A DNA stretch of 64,000 nucleotides, taken from assembly GCA_050084515.1 (NCBI GenBank), contig CM114271.1, forward strand, positions 15,438,001-15,502,000, read 5' to 3'. Position 1 is the first letter of the stretch, and each line of letters begins with the position of its first letter. The stretch comes from Blasia pusilla. Its lineage: Eukaryota. Below are positions 1 through 12,960 of this stretch, one piece after another. The notes below the pieces were generated by a model, which did not search any database, was not told the DNA's origin, and saw only the letters and a list, made by a program, of their open reading frames with translations. Position numbers and translations under genes: made by a program.

Positions 1-417
1 GCATCCATTCGGGGTGGAGATTATCGACCATCGATTCATAGGTTCCATGTGGGGGACTATGTCTATTTGTAGCAGATTGCACCGAAAACATTGGATGTGA
101 CGGCAGACCGCACTATTTTATGAATGCGCAAGGTGTTAGCTTATGGAGTTCTCATGTTAGAGGGTCGTGATGGAGTTTTTTGGAAGGACCATGTGCATAA
201 TTGTGCGCCATGCCATCTTCCAAATGTGGATGGTATTGTTGACCCAAGCTTAGCCATGATACGTGCTAGCTTGAGGTGCATGTTGTGTGGATCTGCAAGT
301 AACGCAACCCGTATGTTGGTGTGTGATCGGTATTCTAGGGGTTGGCACATGATGTGTTTGACTCCACGTATGGATGTTGTTCCTATTGGAAGGGGGGTTT
401 GTCCTCGATGTACTTAG
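1..417 (+). pseudogene. Integrase C-terminal region plus PHD finger (degenerate)
   Basis: CMLCGSASNATRMLVCDRYSRGWHMMCLTPRMDVVPIGRGVCPRC matches C4HC3 PHD spacing with one Cys changed to Tyr. In-frame stops occur upstream. Confidence 0.85.
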
Positions 418-591
418 GAGAGGTAGATGACTTGATCTTTGCATGATATGGATTACAGATAGGTGACTAACGATGGGGCAACCTAGCACCTGGCCTTCTG
501 ATTCGTGCACCCAAGAAGGTGTATAGCATGTAGTAGATGTATAGGGCTACTTGGGAGTTAGAGGGACCTAACCGCCAGTTATGGGGGCGAG

Positions 592-696
592 TTGTGATAC
601 ACTTGTGTTTGTGGATGCTCTCGTCTATGTTATGTATGTATGTGAGTATGGTATGTCAGCGATGTATGTTGTATGACGATGTGGATTCGCACGACA
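592..696 (+). repeat. B1 repeat of copy 1
   Basis: 105 bp with 3 mismatches to 1067-1171. Ends ...TTCGCACGACA and is followed by TT and then TGTCATGACC. Confidence 0.9.
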
Positions 697-1066
697 TTTG
701 TCATGACCATACGGATTATGTCGTAGAGTTTAGTGTGCTAGTAGAGGCCATACCTTATGTAGGCCGTAGTGTCTAGGTAGAGATGCAGTTTCATACATAG
801 GGTTGGGGGTTACTCAGTTGAGGGTGACTTTTCTAGTAGGGCCCGCTCTTAGGTTGGAGGATATAGTGTGGAGTGCACTCAAAGAACAGTTAGTTCTTTG
901 AGTTGAGCCTGTTGCGTTGGGAGTTAGCCTTGGTAGTGAGTAGAGCTCTTGGCTATGGTGGTTCCCGTAAGCTTCGACCTGGATTCTCCCATCGTGGAGT
1001 GGGTTTGGCTCGATTGTACATGATTCTATATGTGTTTTATGACAGTAAGCCTTTCACGGATTTCAA

Positions 1067-1171
1067 TTGTGGTACACTTGTGTTTGTGTATGCTCTCGTC
1101 TATGTTATGTATGTATGTGAGTATGGTATGTCAGCAATGTATGTTGTATGACGATGTGGATTCGCACGACA
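1067..1171 (+). repeat. B2 repeat (3' terminus) of copy 1
   Basis: Direct repeat of 592-696, ending ...GCACGACA. Sequence switches to AT-rich host DNA after it. Confidence 0.9.
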
Positions 1172-4100
1172 TTCTTCCAAATGGAAAGCTCCAAAAATGA
1201 TTCAAAATAGGAGAAAGAATTTGATTGGAAAGGCCATTTATATTGTTATTTTTCTAAGTCTTAAGGAATTGAAAATACATTATAGATGCAGTGTAACTTT
1301 TTCCAATGTTAAAATTAGCCTTTCCCTTAAGATGTCATACATTCTCATCAAGACTTGCTCATAATTTGTTGGTTGTTTTAATTTTCTCCTCCTTTGTTTC
1401 TAGGATTATTTTGTTAATAAACCTAGTTGTCATGCATTGCACAAGCCATTAAACTGGTGTGTATGAATAGAGTTTATTTAATTATGGGGAAAATTGATTC
1501 ATAAGTCATATCTACCAAGAGCGGTTGTTAAATTTACAAAGTATGATTTATTACACATGCACACCTACTTATTTAGTAAATGTATTGTGCATGTGAAACA
1601 TATGTTATTATAATAATAAGGACAAGTCGTCTATACAAATACTTAGGAAGGGATCATTATGGAAATCAAACAAACTCATTTAGAAAGTGGCAAATTAGAA
1701 ATGACAAGTTTTTTTAAAGGCTTTTGTTCTACTTTTTTGTTGGCCCTTAGTAGGCTAGTATCCCCCCTACTTCGGCTTAAGTAACACGAAAGTGTAAATG
1801 AAATATTGGGCACATAGATTTTCTAGCAAGACCAATTTTCCTCCCATGAAATGCAAGCAATAATTTATTCTCTAAACTTTTTTTCAACTATTTTGCAAAT
1901 TTTACTAAGAAATTACTTTTTCCAACTCATTTCAAAAAATTCAAAATTTTCCAAAATCCTAAAATTTTGGCAACTAAGTTGCTTACACAAAAAACCGAAT
2001 GTTGGCACTCAATTGTATTTTCATAGAAGAACTTAACAATAGCTACATGACAAAATAGACCACCTTATGAGGAGATAGACACATAAATAAATTTTTTGAA
2101 GAGGGAATAAAGGGGACTAGAGAGGGTGAGAAATTTGTTTTCCCATAATTATGAGATGGGAGGAAAGGTTTCCCAATTAATGAAGACACTCATCCTATTC
2201 TCAGTTCCTTAATTAAAACAAGTAAGAAATAATTTGACATTTATCTATATTATTAACATAGGATGGGTTTAAAAAATCCCTCTGCCTCTTGTTGACACGT
2301 GTCTTTTGAAGAATACTCTTCTATTGACACGTATCTTTTTAAATGAAAGAAGTAAGTTAAAAAAAAAAAAACCTAAGCTAAGGGGAGAGTACAAGCTAGA
2401 AAAGAGGATGAAGAAAGAGCAGAAAACTGTTGCTACAAAGAAAATTACTAGTACCTTAAAAAAAAAAAAAAAGTGATAAGATTTCTTTGGCCCAACTAAT
2501 ATAACTGACATTTAATCATAAAAATGTGCCAAACCTTTTAATTATTTGTGAAAAGCTATGTAACCACCATCTTTACTCCATTCCGAATTATAAAAGCCCA
2601 TATTTCTCCACGCTTACGTTACTTTAGTCAGTCTCCCAAGTAAGCTTGCCTCTTTTTATTTGTCAACGTCAATTTTAGACGTTTGACCATGTAAAAGTCG
2701 AAAATCGCTAAATGTGGGGTTATCTATATTAGGCCCAAAGTGAAAGATGGAAAATAAACCCTCCACGTATTTTATAGGGATGGGGGCCGGACTGGACTTT
2801 AATTTCATTGGCTCTCTATATATGGTGCGGGAAAACAAATCAGCAAGAAGAAAGAAGAAGCGGATTTTCTTAACTAAACTAGTGAATTCGTACATGGAGA
2901 AATATTATGAAGATTTTATGAAGTGGATATACTATTATGAAGTGTCTAGTATTATTATTATGATGTCCCCATCCATCCCCGTCCACAAATAAATAAATCT
3001 TTTTTCTTTTTCATCCCATCCAGCGTCATTCTACCCACCTTGTACGAGTCATATTCTATCCATGTGCTACTGGATTTAAACCCTTTCATTTATTTCCATC
3101 CGACATGGTATTGGATTTTGTGAAGGGAAGCCACAATGTTTATTCCCCCTTTTTTTGTACACCACTTAATAAACACTTATACTCTTGAATGAAATCATTT
3201 TCGAACTTGTGAGGGGTGGCCACCGTTGCATGTCTATCATTTCACGTCTGAATTCTTTTCGAGACAAGAAAAATGAATAATACTTGTCATGGAAAGAAAA
3301 AAATGGAATAGTGAGCATGCCATGCAAGGGACTCACCTCCTTAGGTGGTAAAAATCAGCATCCTCCCCCCCTTGCCATATTTATGATCATCCCATGGGCA
3401 AAGATCACCTCTATGATGGGGCCACACCAAACCCTTGACTTAAAGGTTTTACATCTCTAGAGCCAAGGTAATCCAAGCATCTTTTCTAGGTGGAAAGAGC
3501 ATGGTGCCCACTCGAATGAACATGAGCTTCAGAACTAACCTATTCCTCGTTTTTTAAGGAGGAATAGGTGAACCCAATTTTTTATCATTCTCAGTTTTGC
3601 TAGAGGGGCAGCATCCTTTTTTATTTTAATTAATTAATTAATGTTTGGATATGGGTTTGGGTGCACCAGGTCGCCTAGGGCAGCATAAGAAAAACCCCCA
3701 CTATTAATATAGGGTCTAGTAAAGTCAGAACATCGGGCCATTATAGGGGGGCCCTACTATAGATACCAAATCTAATGCAATTTCCTCGAGATCTCATGGG
3801 CCCACCTCAAAGTTGTATCAGCCCCAAGATTCGTCTCGTTTTTCTCTTGTTTTTCCATCTAGTACACAACTGCGGTACAGAAAGGTAAAGGGGAAAAGAA
3901 AATTGGTTTTCAAGTGTACAAAACTATTGCAGGGGTTAAAAAAAATGAGAAATTCATTGACTTTGGACCACCCTATGTCTTAGAGTAAGATAGCGTACAA
4001 ATCTCCCACTGAAATTAATGATGGTCCTATGCATTCCGTTTTTTATTATAAATTAAATCAAAACTCCAGATACTCTCTAAGTTAATGGATAAATTCTTTT

Positions 4101-5092
4101 TCGCCGACCATCTAGACTATGCACCTATATGTTAATTATTTTCTTCTCCACACGTTGGTTTTAGTCTTTGTTCACCAAACATATTGCCTTCATCCCATTT
4201 AATATTTTCTCATTTTGTCAAAAATTGGTGCTATGTTTGTAACTTATGACCTCTCTATATCCTAGTGTGTCCTCCATATATACGTGGGTCATCAAATTGG
4301 ATATGAAATAATATGACTGATCATGTAGATTTTTTCCGAACTTCATGGTTTGGTTTCCAAAGAATGAATGAGTAATGGGATGGAAAATTTGGTCATATAA
4401 TATTCTTGTTAAAATGTGATGAAATTTAGTAAGTAATTCAACCTTATTATGGCCTCTACATATATTTCTTGATTTTTTTTTCTCACTATCTAACCTATCC
4501 ATGTGTCCTTCACACGAGTATAATAATTAATTCTCCTCTCCAATTCACCCCCTCTCAAGGCCGCACACTGGTTATTAGAGATATGGGATATAAGACATCA
4601 AATCATGCAAAGTTGTTCCAACTTTCTAGCCTCCTGTGTTGAAGGGGGCATGCGTTTCCTCTTTTATTTATGTGATATTTTTCTCACATTTTATGAAGTT
4701 TTCATCGTGAATCATAAGGGTATGTAAGTAGTGGTATTACAAAATAGAAAGGGGAAATATACAACGTGTAAGCCATGGACTCATGGATACCCCATGCTTG
4801 AATCTTAACTATTTGTTGCATTATATACTCTTGATTTTAGGATTGAGTTTGGATCTTTTAGTCCAATCATTTCACACTTGTAGGCTTTCTATTAGACTTT
4901 GGCTGTGATAGATAACCATTAATGTGTCTCTTTCATTTCCCCTCTTCTTCTTTTTCCATAGTTTGTATCTTATTATTCCTTCTTTTTTCAAATCTTATGT
5001 CATTTTTTCCCACAAATTTCATGTTTTTCTATTTATAATATTTTCCTTCCAAGAAAATCCAATGTATTTTCCTATGCTTAATTCCCCATTAT

Positions 5093-5467
5093 CAAGGTTG
5101 CACGGAGACGGACTTGTCCGTCACGTCCACGGACATGCCCAACAAGTCCCTCGTTCAAGTCTTTTTGGTACCCTGGTCGTTGGTGCAAGTTCGAGACACA
5201 TGAACAAGTGCATGAAGGGATCGAATAGGTCTATGGGCTACGAGCCCGAAAAGGCCTTCATCGAGCCCACTTATCCCGCATTGGCATGCAATAGGCATGC
5301 CAAGGGCCTCGGTAGGCTCACATTCTTGGTGCAAGCTATATAACGAGTGGCAAGAACGAGTGATGGATTGTTTGATTGAGTGCGGGTTGGTCGATACCGA
5401 GTCTATGTTGTGGATAGGGCATGTCGCGGGAACCCAGACCCGCACGAACTGTCTGTGTGCAACCTTA
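5093..5467. mobile_element. hAT-superfamily MITE / non-autonomous element
   Basis: TIRs CAAGGTTGCAC ... GTGCAACCTTA. Perfect 8-bp target-site duplication CCCATTAT at 5085-5092 and 5468-5475; an 8-bp TSD is typical of hAT. Confidence 0.85.
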
Positions 5468-5670
5468 CCCATTATCACTTGAATCTTTTAGGATGTTTTT
5501 TGTGGCTATAATTTCCTCCCTTTCTCTAAAATAGAATTTCTCATGTCCTTTGTTCTTATCCAAAAGCTTTTCATCACAAATGATTTTTTTGAGTTTTTTA
5601 ATTAACTATTTTATCTTCCAAGTTTTTTATTTTATAGTCTACCATACTGATAAAGAACCTTTGTGCATCA

Positions 5671-5770
5671 TCTATCTAATTAAAAGAGGATGGGGTTAAA
5701 GAAACCTTTCTCCAGTGTTGACATTTGTCTTGTCAACCCTCCTCTGGTGTTGACACGTGGCATATCCAAG
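5671..5770 (+). mobile_element. Possible non-autonomous Helitron 5' end (related ends at about 2244 on + and about 8083 on -)
   Basis: A|TCTATCTAATTAAAAGAGGATGGGG. Similar A|TCTATA...GGATGGG at 2244 and a reverse-complement TCTATACAATTAAAAGAGTATGGGG at about 8059-8083. Each is followed by GTTGACAC motifs. Matching 3' ends were not established. Confidence 0.35.
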
Positions 5771-8700
5771 AGAATAGCTAAAATAGCAGGCCTTTCCCCT
5801 CACCACCTTAGAACGGCCGAGAAGAGATCTTCATCTATGCATGGCACAGACATTATGTTAGTCATACTATTAAGGGCATCAATTCTTTTAGAGAATGCCC
5901 GCATGTGAAAATCTTGATAGGCTATAATATCATAGTTTTTCATTTTACTAAGCTTATGAGATAAGCATAAAAAAACCAAAGTTTTTTTTTAAAAATTCTC
6001 GATTTTCTTCATATTTTCAATAAAAAATAATTAATTTTTCCCAATTTATCTTTTTTCTACTTTTTTCCAATCGTATAAAATTTCATATTATGGATTTTAT
6101 GAATTTGTTTCAGCAAGGACACCAACGAGGTAAGGGGGATTCTATAATTGGTATACTATAATTGGGGAAAAGAAACCCATTTGGGTCAAAGAAGAGAGGG
6201 GATATAAAATGGTGGGACAAAAGAAAAAATTGACACGATGACAAAAATAAGATTGATTTTCTTTTAAATGGGATGATGGGGGCTAGAAAAGAGACGGGAA
6301 ATCTCCTTCTTTACAAACAAAGAAGGGATTTTTTTATAAACACAGGAAAATGATCATTTCAAAGAAGGGGATTTCAAATCCTTTTTTATTATAAATATGA
6401 AGTAAAGTATTTGTATTGTCATTTACATTAGCTTTTTGCATGTCAAACTAGTGAATCGCGATAAGTGCTCAAAGGCTTCACTTCGCATTTCTTCAAATAT
6501 GGGGCATGTATGAAATATCCAACCAAAAAATAAGTTGAATATAATTTCCATCATCCAAAATAGTTAATTAAAAATATCCAATGGGAGAAAATATCATTAT
6601 CTGAGCTAAAATATCTTACAATTTATAACCAAACCTAACTTTTTCAATCTTTTGAATTTAGATTTTATGGTGATTTTGCAACCCTTGTCTCACTTCCATC
6701 TTTCTCATCCAATGCACCCCATAAGGATCAAATCGGTAGTATGGGTAATTCATACTTTGTTTTAATGTAAGAATCTATGTGACAAGAGAGGACTTAACAT
6801 AGGCTAAGTTATAGAAAATACTTAGAATATGAGGGTATTATTTAGAGAAAAATATAAAGTGATAATATTTGGATACATACAGGATATTGCTAATAATGTA
6901 AGAATAAGGTGAAGATCATTTTTAGTGTGGAATATGTGGTGCACACATGATAGTGCATAAGAGCATACACATGGCAAGCATTAAAAAACATAATGTATAT
7001 GACCAATGAAGAAGAGATGAAATAGACATGATCTTGTTGATCCATGACATGGGTGGAATGGATCACTCAAGAGAATATAGAAAGGGGAAAATTTCCTTGG
7101 GGAAACTCTTACCCTCTTGGACCAATGTCTTTCTTTTGGTACACTAGAGTATTACGATGGTACCAAATATAACAAGAGTGTGCACCATCCCTGCTTGAAG
7201 AGGAAACATTGGAAGCGAGAATATAACTTGTTGTAGGTGAAAACCTTTAATTGTACTTGAAGAACCAACGATAAAATTCTCCTTTTTAGTTGAATCGAAA
7301 TTGTTGAGTGGTAATTCCATCCTTTTGGGTAATTAAATATTTTTAAATGAGCTTAAATAAGTTATTTGGAAATTAGTGATATATTATATAGATGTATCAA
7401 TTATCATGTGCCACTCATATTCCTCATCATACTATTCCAAGCATGGCCTTATCAAGTATGGAAAAGCATCAATAACAGTGAGAGACTGTACTTCTTATTT
7501 GGGGTTCTTAAGGTTGATAACGGTCAAGCATGTTACATCCTTCAACTAGCCATTTAATAAGTGGTTTGATCCTAAGGAGTACAAATTGCTTGTTGGGAAG
7601 AGTAAAATATTTTCTCATCTCCATGGAGCAATCCACACACAAATATTATGCAAATCATTAAAAACCCCTTTATAAAGTTACATTCGGATACCTCAAACAA
7701 TGATAGGAGGAGACATGGTGACAACAAGAGAGATCAAAGATCCTTGTCGAAGTTGAGGAATTGGTATAACGTATTGAAAACGAAACAACTCCATACTACT
7801 TAAAATTAGCAACATCAATGTGCAAATATTTATTGTCATTATGAGGAGTTTTTCTATAAGAGATGAAGTATGGTTATCCATTGCCTACTTATATTTTATG
7901 AGTATCCATAAGATAAGGGCACATTTTATTCAAGATTTTTCTATTGTGGTTAAGTGAAATGGCATAACTCCTTCCACACAAAAAATCCATTATTTAATTA
8001 TTCTCTTAAATTTTACAAGTGTCAACATGGAAAGAGGGTGTTGACACTTGTCTCGACACCCCATACTCTTTTAATTGTATAGATATCATCTCTTGTAGTG
8101 TAAAATATGACTCAACCAATATTTTCAACTCTTTACACGTTACAAGCACAACTCACAAGTATTGTATAAGTTTTAGTACGTATACGTTGTCTATATGATG
8201 TAAATATTTTCATAGATATTAGTCATTATATTATGAATCAAGTTATAAAAAAAAAACTCCCCATGGACTACTATTAAAGTCACGATTAACTCAAGATTTA
8301 TCAATCAAGATTTATCAATCATTATCAATGAGGTCATGTATGAAATGACTTAATGGAGTTAAATCTTTTTAAAAAATATAATTTTATGTCCGATGTCCAA
8401 TAATTAACTTACCTCACTTGATAGAATACCTTCTCGTCTCAACGATCTCGATCACAAACTACAATATTTTTGGGGATACATTGGATTTTATTGCAATGGC
8501 CAAATCTTCTCGTGCCTTTGAACAAGTGTTCGGTTCAAATCCTCTTAGCTCTAGGATAATTAATATTTTGGTCAACACCTCTCGAGACTACTAACTTGTG
8601 CTTAATAGACCTTTTCTAATATAGTTATATATTTTTCTATTAGAAAAGGTCGTTGGAATCAACATTATTTTTAATAAAAACATATTAATCCTATATTAAT

Positions 8701-11081
8701 CACGAAACAAAATCTAAAAAATTACTCATTTCTTAAGTACAATGAACCAAAGGTTAATTATATGTTTTAGTTCACTATTTTTTATATTGCGAAGGCCTAT
8801 TGGAAATCAAATTGATTTAGAATATAAAATATCAATGTGATATGTACCATTTAAGACCATCTACACATTAAAGGAATGAGAACCCTGAAGTGGCTGAGCA
8901 ATACATTTTTAGAATCATGGCACATACATGGAAAAACTAAATCCTTATTTCTAAAATGGGGAAATTTACTACTTTGAGTCATGTGGTTGTATTTTATTTG
9001 TTGTCTTATATTCCTAACATTATTATTGAATTCCCCCTTTCTAGTTCCTTTTACATCCAAATTTGACATTTATCTATTTAAATGATTTGTGGAATAACGT
9101 TAATACTCTCTTTAAGTATGTTGTTTATGTCGCTTCAAGAAACATGGGTATGGAAAATCTTATGTAATAAAATAACCATTAGAAGTTTATGAACTATCTT
9201 TCGCAAGACTATCATGACGAGCTCGCAGGAATATCTCCATATATAGAGCATGCCTTGAATAATTTTTGTTTTAGATACACTACAATGAGTGAACATTTAT
9301 CGTGAAATATATCCAAAATATATCATGACACTCTTTTATTAAAAATATTAATAAATCAAAACTTTTCTATAATTATTTATTATGTATCAATCGAATGCAA
9401 GATGGTAATCTTGAGAACGATGAGTATAATAATTAGAGAATGGATTTGCCATTGAATTAATTAATGTAAATATGATGATCTGACCTTTCATTGGCCAAAT
9501 CCTTGATACTAGAAGAATTAAATTTTTTTTTTTTCAAAGTTAGTTATAGTTGTAAAAAATTTTAATTTTCAATGTGTTATAATAATTAAACTTGTGGAAT
9601 AGTGTAATTTACTTCTTATGATATAACAAGATGTGTCCTTTCTAGAATAGCATAGAACAAATATAAATTGAAGAGGAAAATGATGAAAAGCTCAATTCAC
9701 ATACTAAAACATTAAAATTCATTCATTACCAACAAAATATAAGCACTTATGATGACAATAAATAAGAAATTACTATGAATAGGGAAGAGGGACAAGAGAT
9801 GGAATTAAAATTATATCTTGGAACATTTTTCTCTTCTTTATCAAAACCCATGAGAGAGCCCTTTAAAACCCTTGTGAGCAAGGTTGTGATATGAAACGAC
9901 ATAAGGGCACTTTTATCTTAATAGATATTTTTATTTGAAAATAGAACTTGTTCTTTATTGAAAATAGAAATTTCCTCAAAATTATATTTACTTTGCTTGA
10001 TCAACTCATTAAGTCCCTTCATATAATTATATTTTCTTGATGAAATTACCATGCATCCCTGATTTCATGTTGAGTGCTTTCTTTCTTATCTTATTTCGTG
10101 CCATAAAAAGACCCCTCATCTTGTAGTTTTATACTCTCAACATGCTATATGGTCTCACAACCTTGTAGTCGTATTAAAAAGAGACAAATTAGGGATATAT
10201 GCATTGCTACATGTATATTTATAGTTATAATAGAAAAATATTTTTATACAAAATTTTGACTTCATTGTTATCTTTGTATATTTGCAAAACAATATTCCAT
10301 TCCGTGACTAGCCTTGAGTTTGTAAATCACGTCTTATAAATGCCAATCCCAACTTCAATATTACTATCCCCATACTATGTCTTTTGCCAATTTGCTATCA
10401 TTGATAAAATCGATGTCAATATACATGTTTTAATCTTGATTTTATCTTGTAACATATTTTTTAAATGCTTATTATGCTTCAATACTTAAGGTTTTTCACT
10501 TGCACAATACGATGACCATCTTCGTTCATGAATTATAGATGTATATCCTTGTACAAGTGAATGATTTTAAAATAATTCATAGTTGCAAACATGGATCAGT
10601 CTATCATTATATTCTTGTATTGGCATGACCTTAGTCCATTTGAATTCCAATTCAAAGTAGAAATGGTGTTCTTTGTATCAAACTAGATTATACTTGTTTA
10701 TTGATGTAAAAATCATGGACTAGTGATTCCATTTGGTACTAACATATGATTCTTATCATATTTGTTACAATGATCAAGACCAGTTATCCAAAACCAATGA
10801 ACGTGATACATAACAAAAATATATTATTTTCACATTGTGTAAGTTGGATAAAAAAATGTAAAGTTTAATTTTATATAAAATATTTTTTGATAAAACTAGA
10901 GAAATACTCCTTTTGTATCTCTCTTGGATTCAATGGCTAATTTTGCCATCTTTCTCTAGATATGGTCCAAATTTCATCCTATAAACGTATTTATCAACCA
11001 TCAACTCAGATGTAGTATTAAGTTGTTAATATGATTTGTCAAAATAATGGAATTAAAACGAAGAAGAAACTTTATGTATAG

Positions 11082-11086
<5 letters not shown>

Positions 11087-11176
<90 letters not shown>
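11087..11176. repeat. (CT)n(AT)n compound microsatellite
   Basis: Seen directly. Confidence 0.98.
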
Positions 11177-11177
<1 letters not shown>

Positions 11178-11323
11178 AAACCACACCCCTCATCAATCTT
11201 CCACTTCGCAGATATTAAGCATTTTTTTCTTTGTTTAACAAATATTTAGAGAGAGAGTGTTGTTCTATGTCATCTTGAGTTATTTTGGTTTCGGCTTTGT
11301 TCTCACTTACAAACTCTACCAAG

Positions 11324-11970
11324 CAAGGTTGCATGGAAAAACAACTAGGGCGTCCATGGGATGCACATGCCCAACGGGTCCCTCGCACGGGTTTTTTTGA
11401 CACCCCAGTAGCCCGCATGGACTTAGGACGCGGAAACGAGTACATGCTCAAATTAGGGGAGGCGGACATGGATTGAATGGGTTTGGGAGCTATGAGCCCT
11501 CTCTTGGTGCACATTAAGCCCACACATAGCCCATCCTAAGCTCGCAATGGCTTGCACACAACTCACGGCCATACGCGCACAAAGCCTATAGGGCTAGCTT
11601 TCCGTGGGTTATCGCGGATTTAGGACAGGCTAACAAATTAGTGGCAAGAATGGGTGACAGATTCCTATACTTTGTGCTGGTTGATCGATTCCAAGTCTAC
11701 CATGGTTGCACAAAAAAATACAAGTCTATCCCATGGAGGGACAACTCTAGACATGTCCACGAACATGGATTGCAAGAGGTGGGGCTCACACTTATAATTC
11801 ATGATGGAAAGGAAGGAGGGAGTGGAGGTGGAGGTGGAGGGAGGAAGAAATCAAAAAGTATGGAACATGAAAGTAAGTGGGAGGTGGGGGATGAGAAAGA
11901 AGGTGAAGGTAGGGACCACATGGACAAGTCCTTCTATAGAACGGACGTTAGTTCACGGACATGGAAATCA
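11324..11970. mobile_element. Two adjacent degenerate copies of the CAAGGTTGCA/CATGGTTGCA hAT MITE family
   Basis: CAAGGTTGCATGG at 11324 with an interior similar to 5093-5467. CATGGTTGCACAAAA at 11701 with an interior similar to 63670-63997. Right ends are eroded. Confidence 0.6.
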
Positions 11971-12059
11971 CTTAAAAGATATCATGGCGATTCTTGTATC
12001 CCTCTTACGCAATCAATTACAGCCCTCATTAAGCCAATTCCCAATACAATCAATATCTA

Positions 12060-12960
12060 AGTCTACACTACCCTAATCTACACCCTCATATGATCTTGCA
12101 AGAGTGCATCATAACAATACAAGGCGTGGTGTGATAATATTCTATTATAGTCTATGCACACTCTTTCATAGCATATGTGACAAAAAATTCCTCTTAGGCA
12201 TCCCACAAAAGTGTAAGCTCCTTCCTAGTCCATATATCAATAACTTCCAAAAAAATTTCACCCATCCAACGTCCCATATACAAAACATCAATTAAAAATC
12301 CTCACAAGTGCGAGACTCTAACTATTACTAGCAATGTAAACACAATGATGATAACATCCCTGCTGATCATCATGTGGTAAGTTATCGTCGCTATAGTCCC
12401 TATAAAAACATATTGGATTCTTTATATTGATATGGTCCTCCTCCTTGATGGAATGGTGCAATCATAATTAGCACAATGCATGAACCATATCATTCCATGG
12501 CTATTGGTGTCGTAGTACACCATTAGATGATGCGGCGTGACACCCCCATCTCATAACAACTCAATATTTGGAATATTTTTGTGCCTATATGATTATTGAT
12601 GGAATGGTATGATCACAAGATGTACAACACAACAATTTGATGGTGCTTTGCAACTAAGGGAATCGTAAACCTTCCAAATGTGACTTGGGGAAAGTATCTA
12701 ATTGTCCCATGAGTCCATGAAAGGAAAATGTGACTTAAACATAGCAACAAAGATCAAGCGAATTCCTAGTAGTGCATAACATCCACCACCTCCAATGTGA
12801 CGAACTCTAAATCAAGTCAGCCTAGGCTCGCTTGAGTTGGACTTGTAAAAAATTAGGGAGGTGCAACGTAGTCATCACATGGATGCACATGTTGTACGCA
12901 TATACATCGCTACACAACATATATTGCAATCACCAAATATAATCACATTAACACAAGATA
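12060..12960 (-). mobile_element. Old relic of the same gypsy family (leader-like sequence plus a B-type terminus)
   Basis: 12060-12250 resembles the copy-2 leader at 22500-22690 (ATCTACAC...CGTGGTGTG...CATCCCACAA...CCATATATCA). 12890-12937 TGTTGTACGCATATACATCGCTACACAACATATATTG matches B1 at 15600. Confidence 0.5.

Larger units (their letters stand above)
1..1171 (+). mobile_element. 3' end of a Ty3/gypsy-type retrotransposon (copy 1): integrase C-terminus, PHD finger, then B1-A2-B2 split repeats; 5' part lies outside the window
   Basis: Frame from base 1 reads ASIRGGDYRPSIHRFHVGDYVYL*QIAPKTLDVTA..., homologous to the copy-2 integrase tail (YATIRGGGYQTTIRRFHHGDYVYLEQTASTTLDVTAG). It is followed by a PHD finger and a stop at 415-417. 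A 105-bp direct repeat lies at 592-696 and 1067-1171; both copies end in GACA. Confidence 0.9.

Noticed and set aside
124-417. Stand-alone host PHD-finger gene
   Set aside because: It is in frame with upstream integrase sequence and is followed by the element's terminal repeats.
8400-10900. hAT transposase relic on the minus strand (VSTKWNH near 10730; AREDLAIAI near 8500)
   Set aside because: Only two short, degenerate motif resemblances in very AT-rich DNA; not supportable without a profile search.
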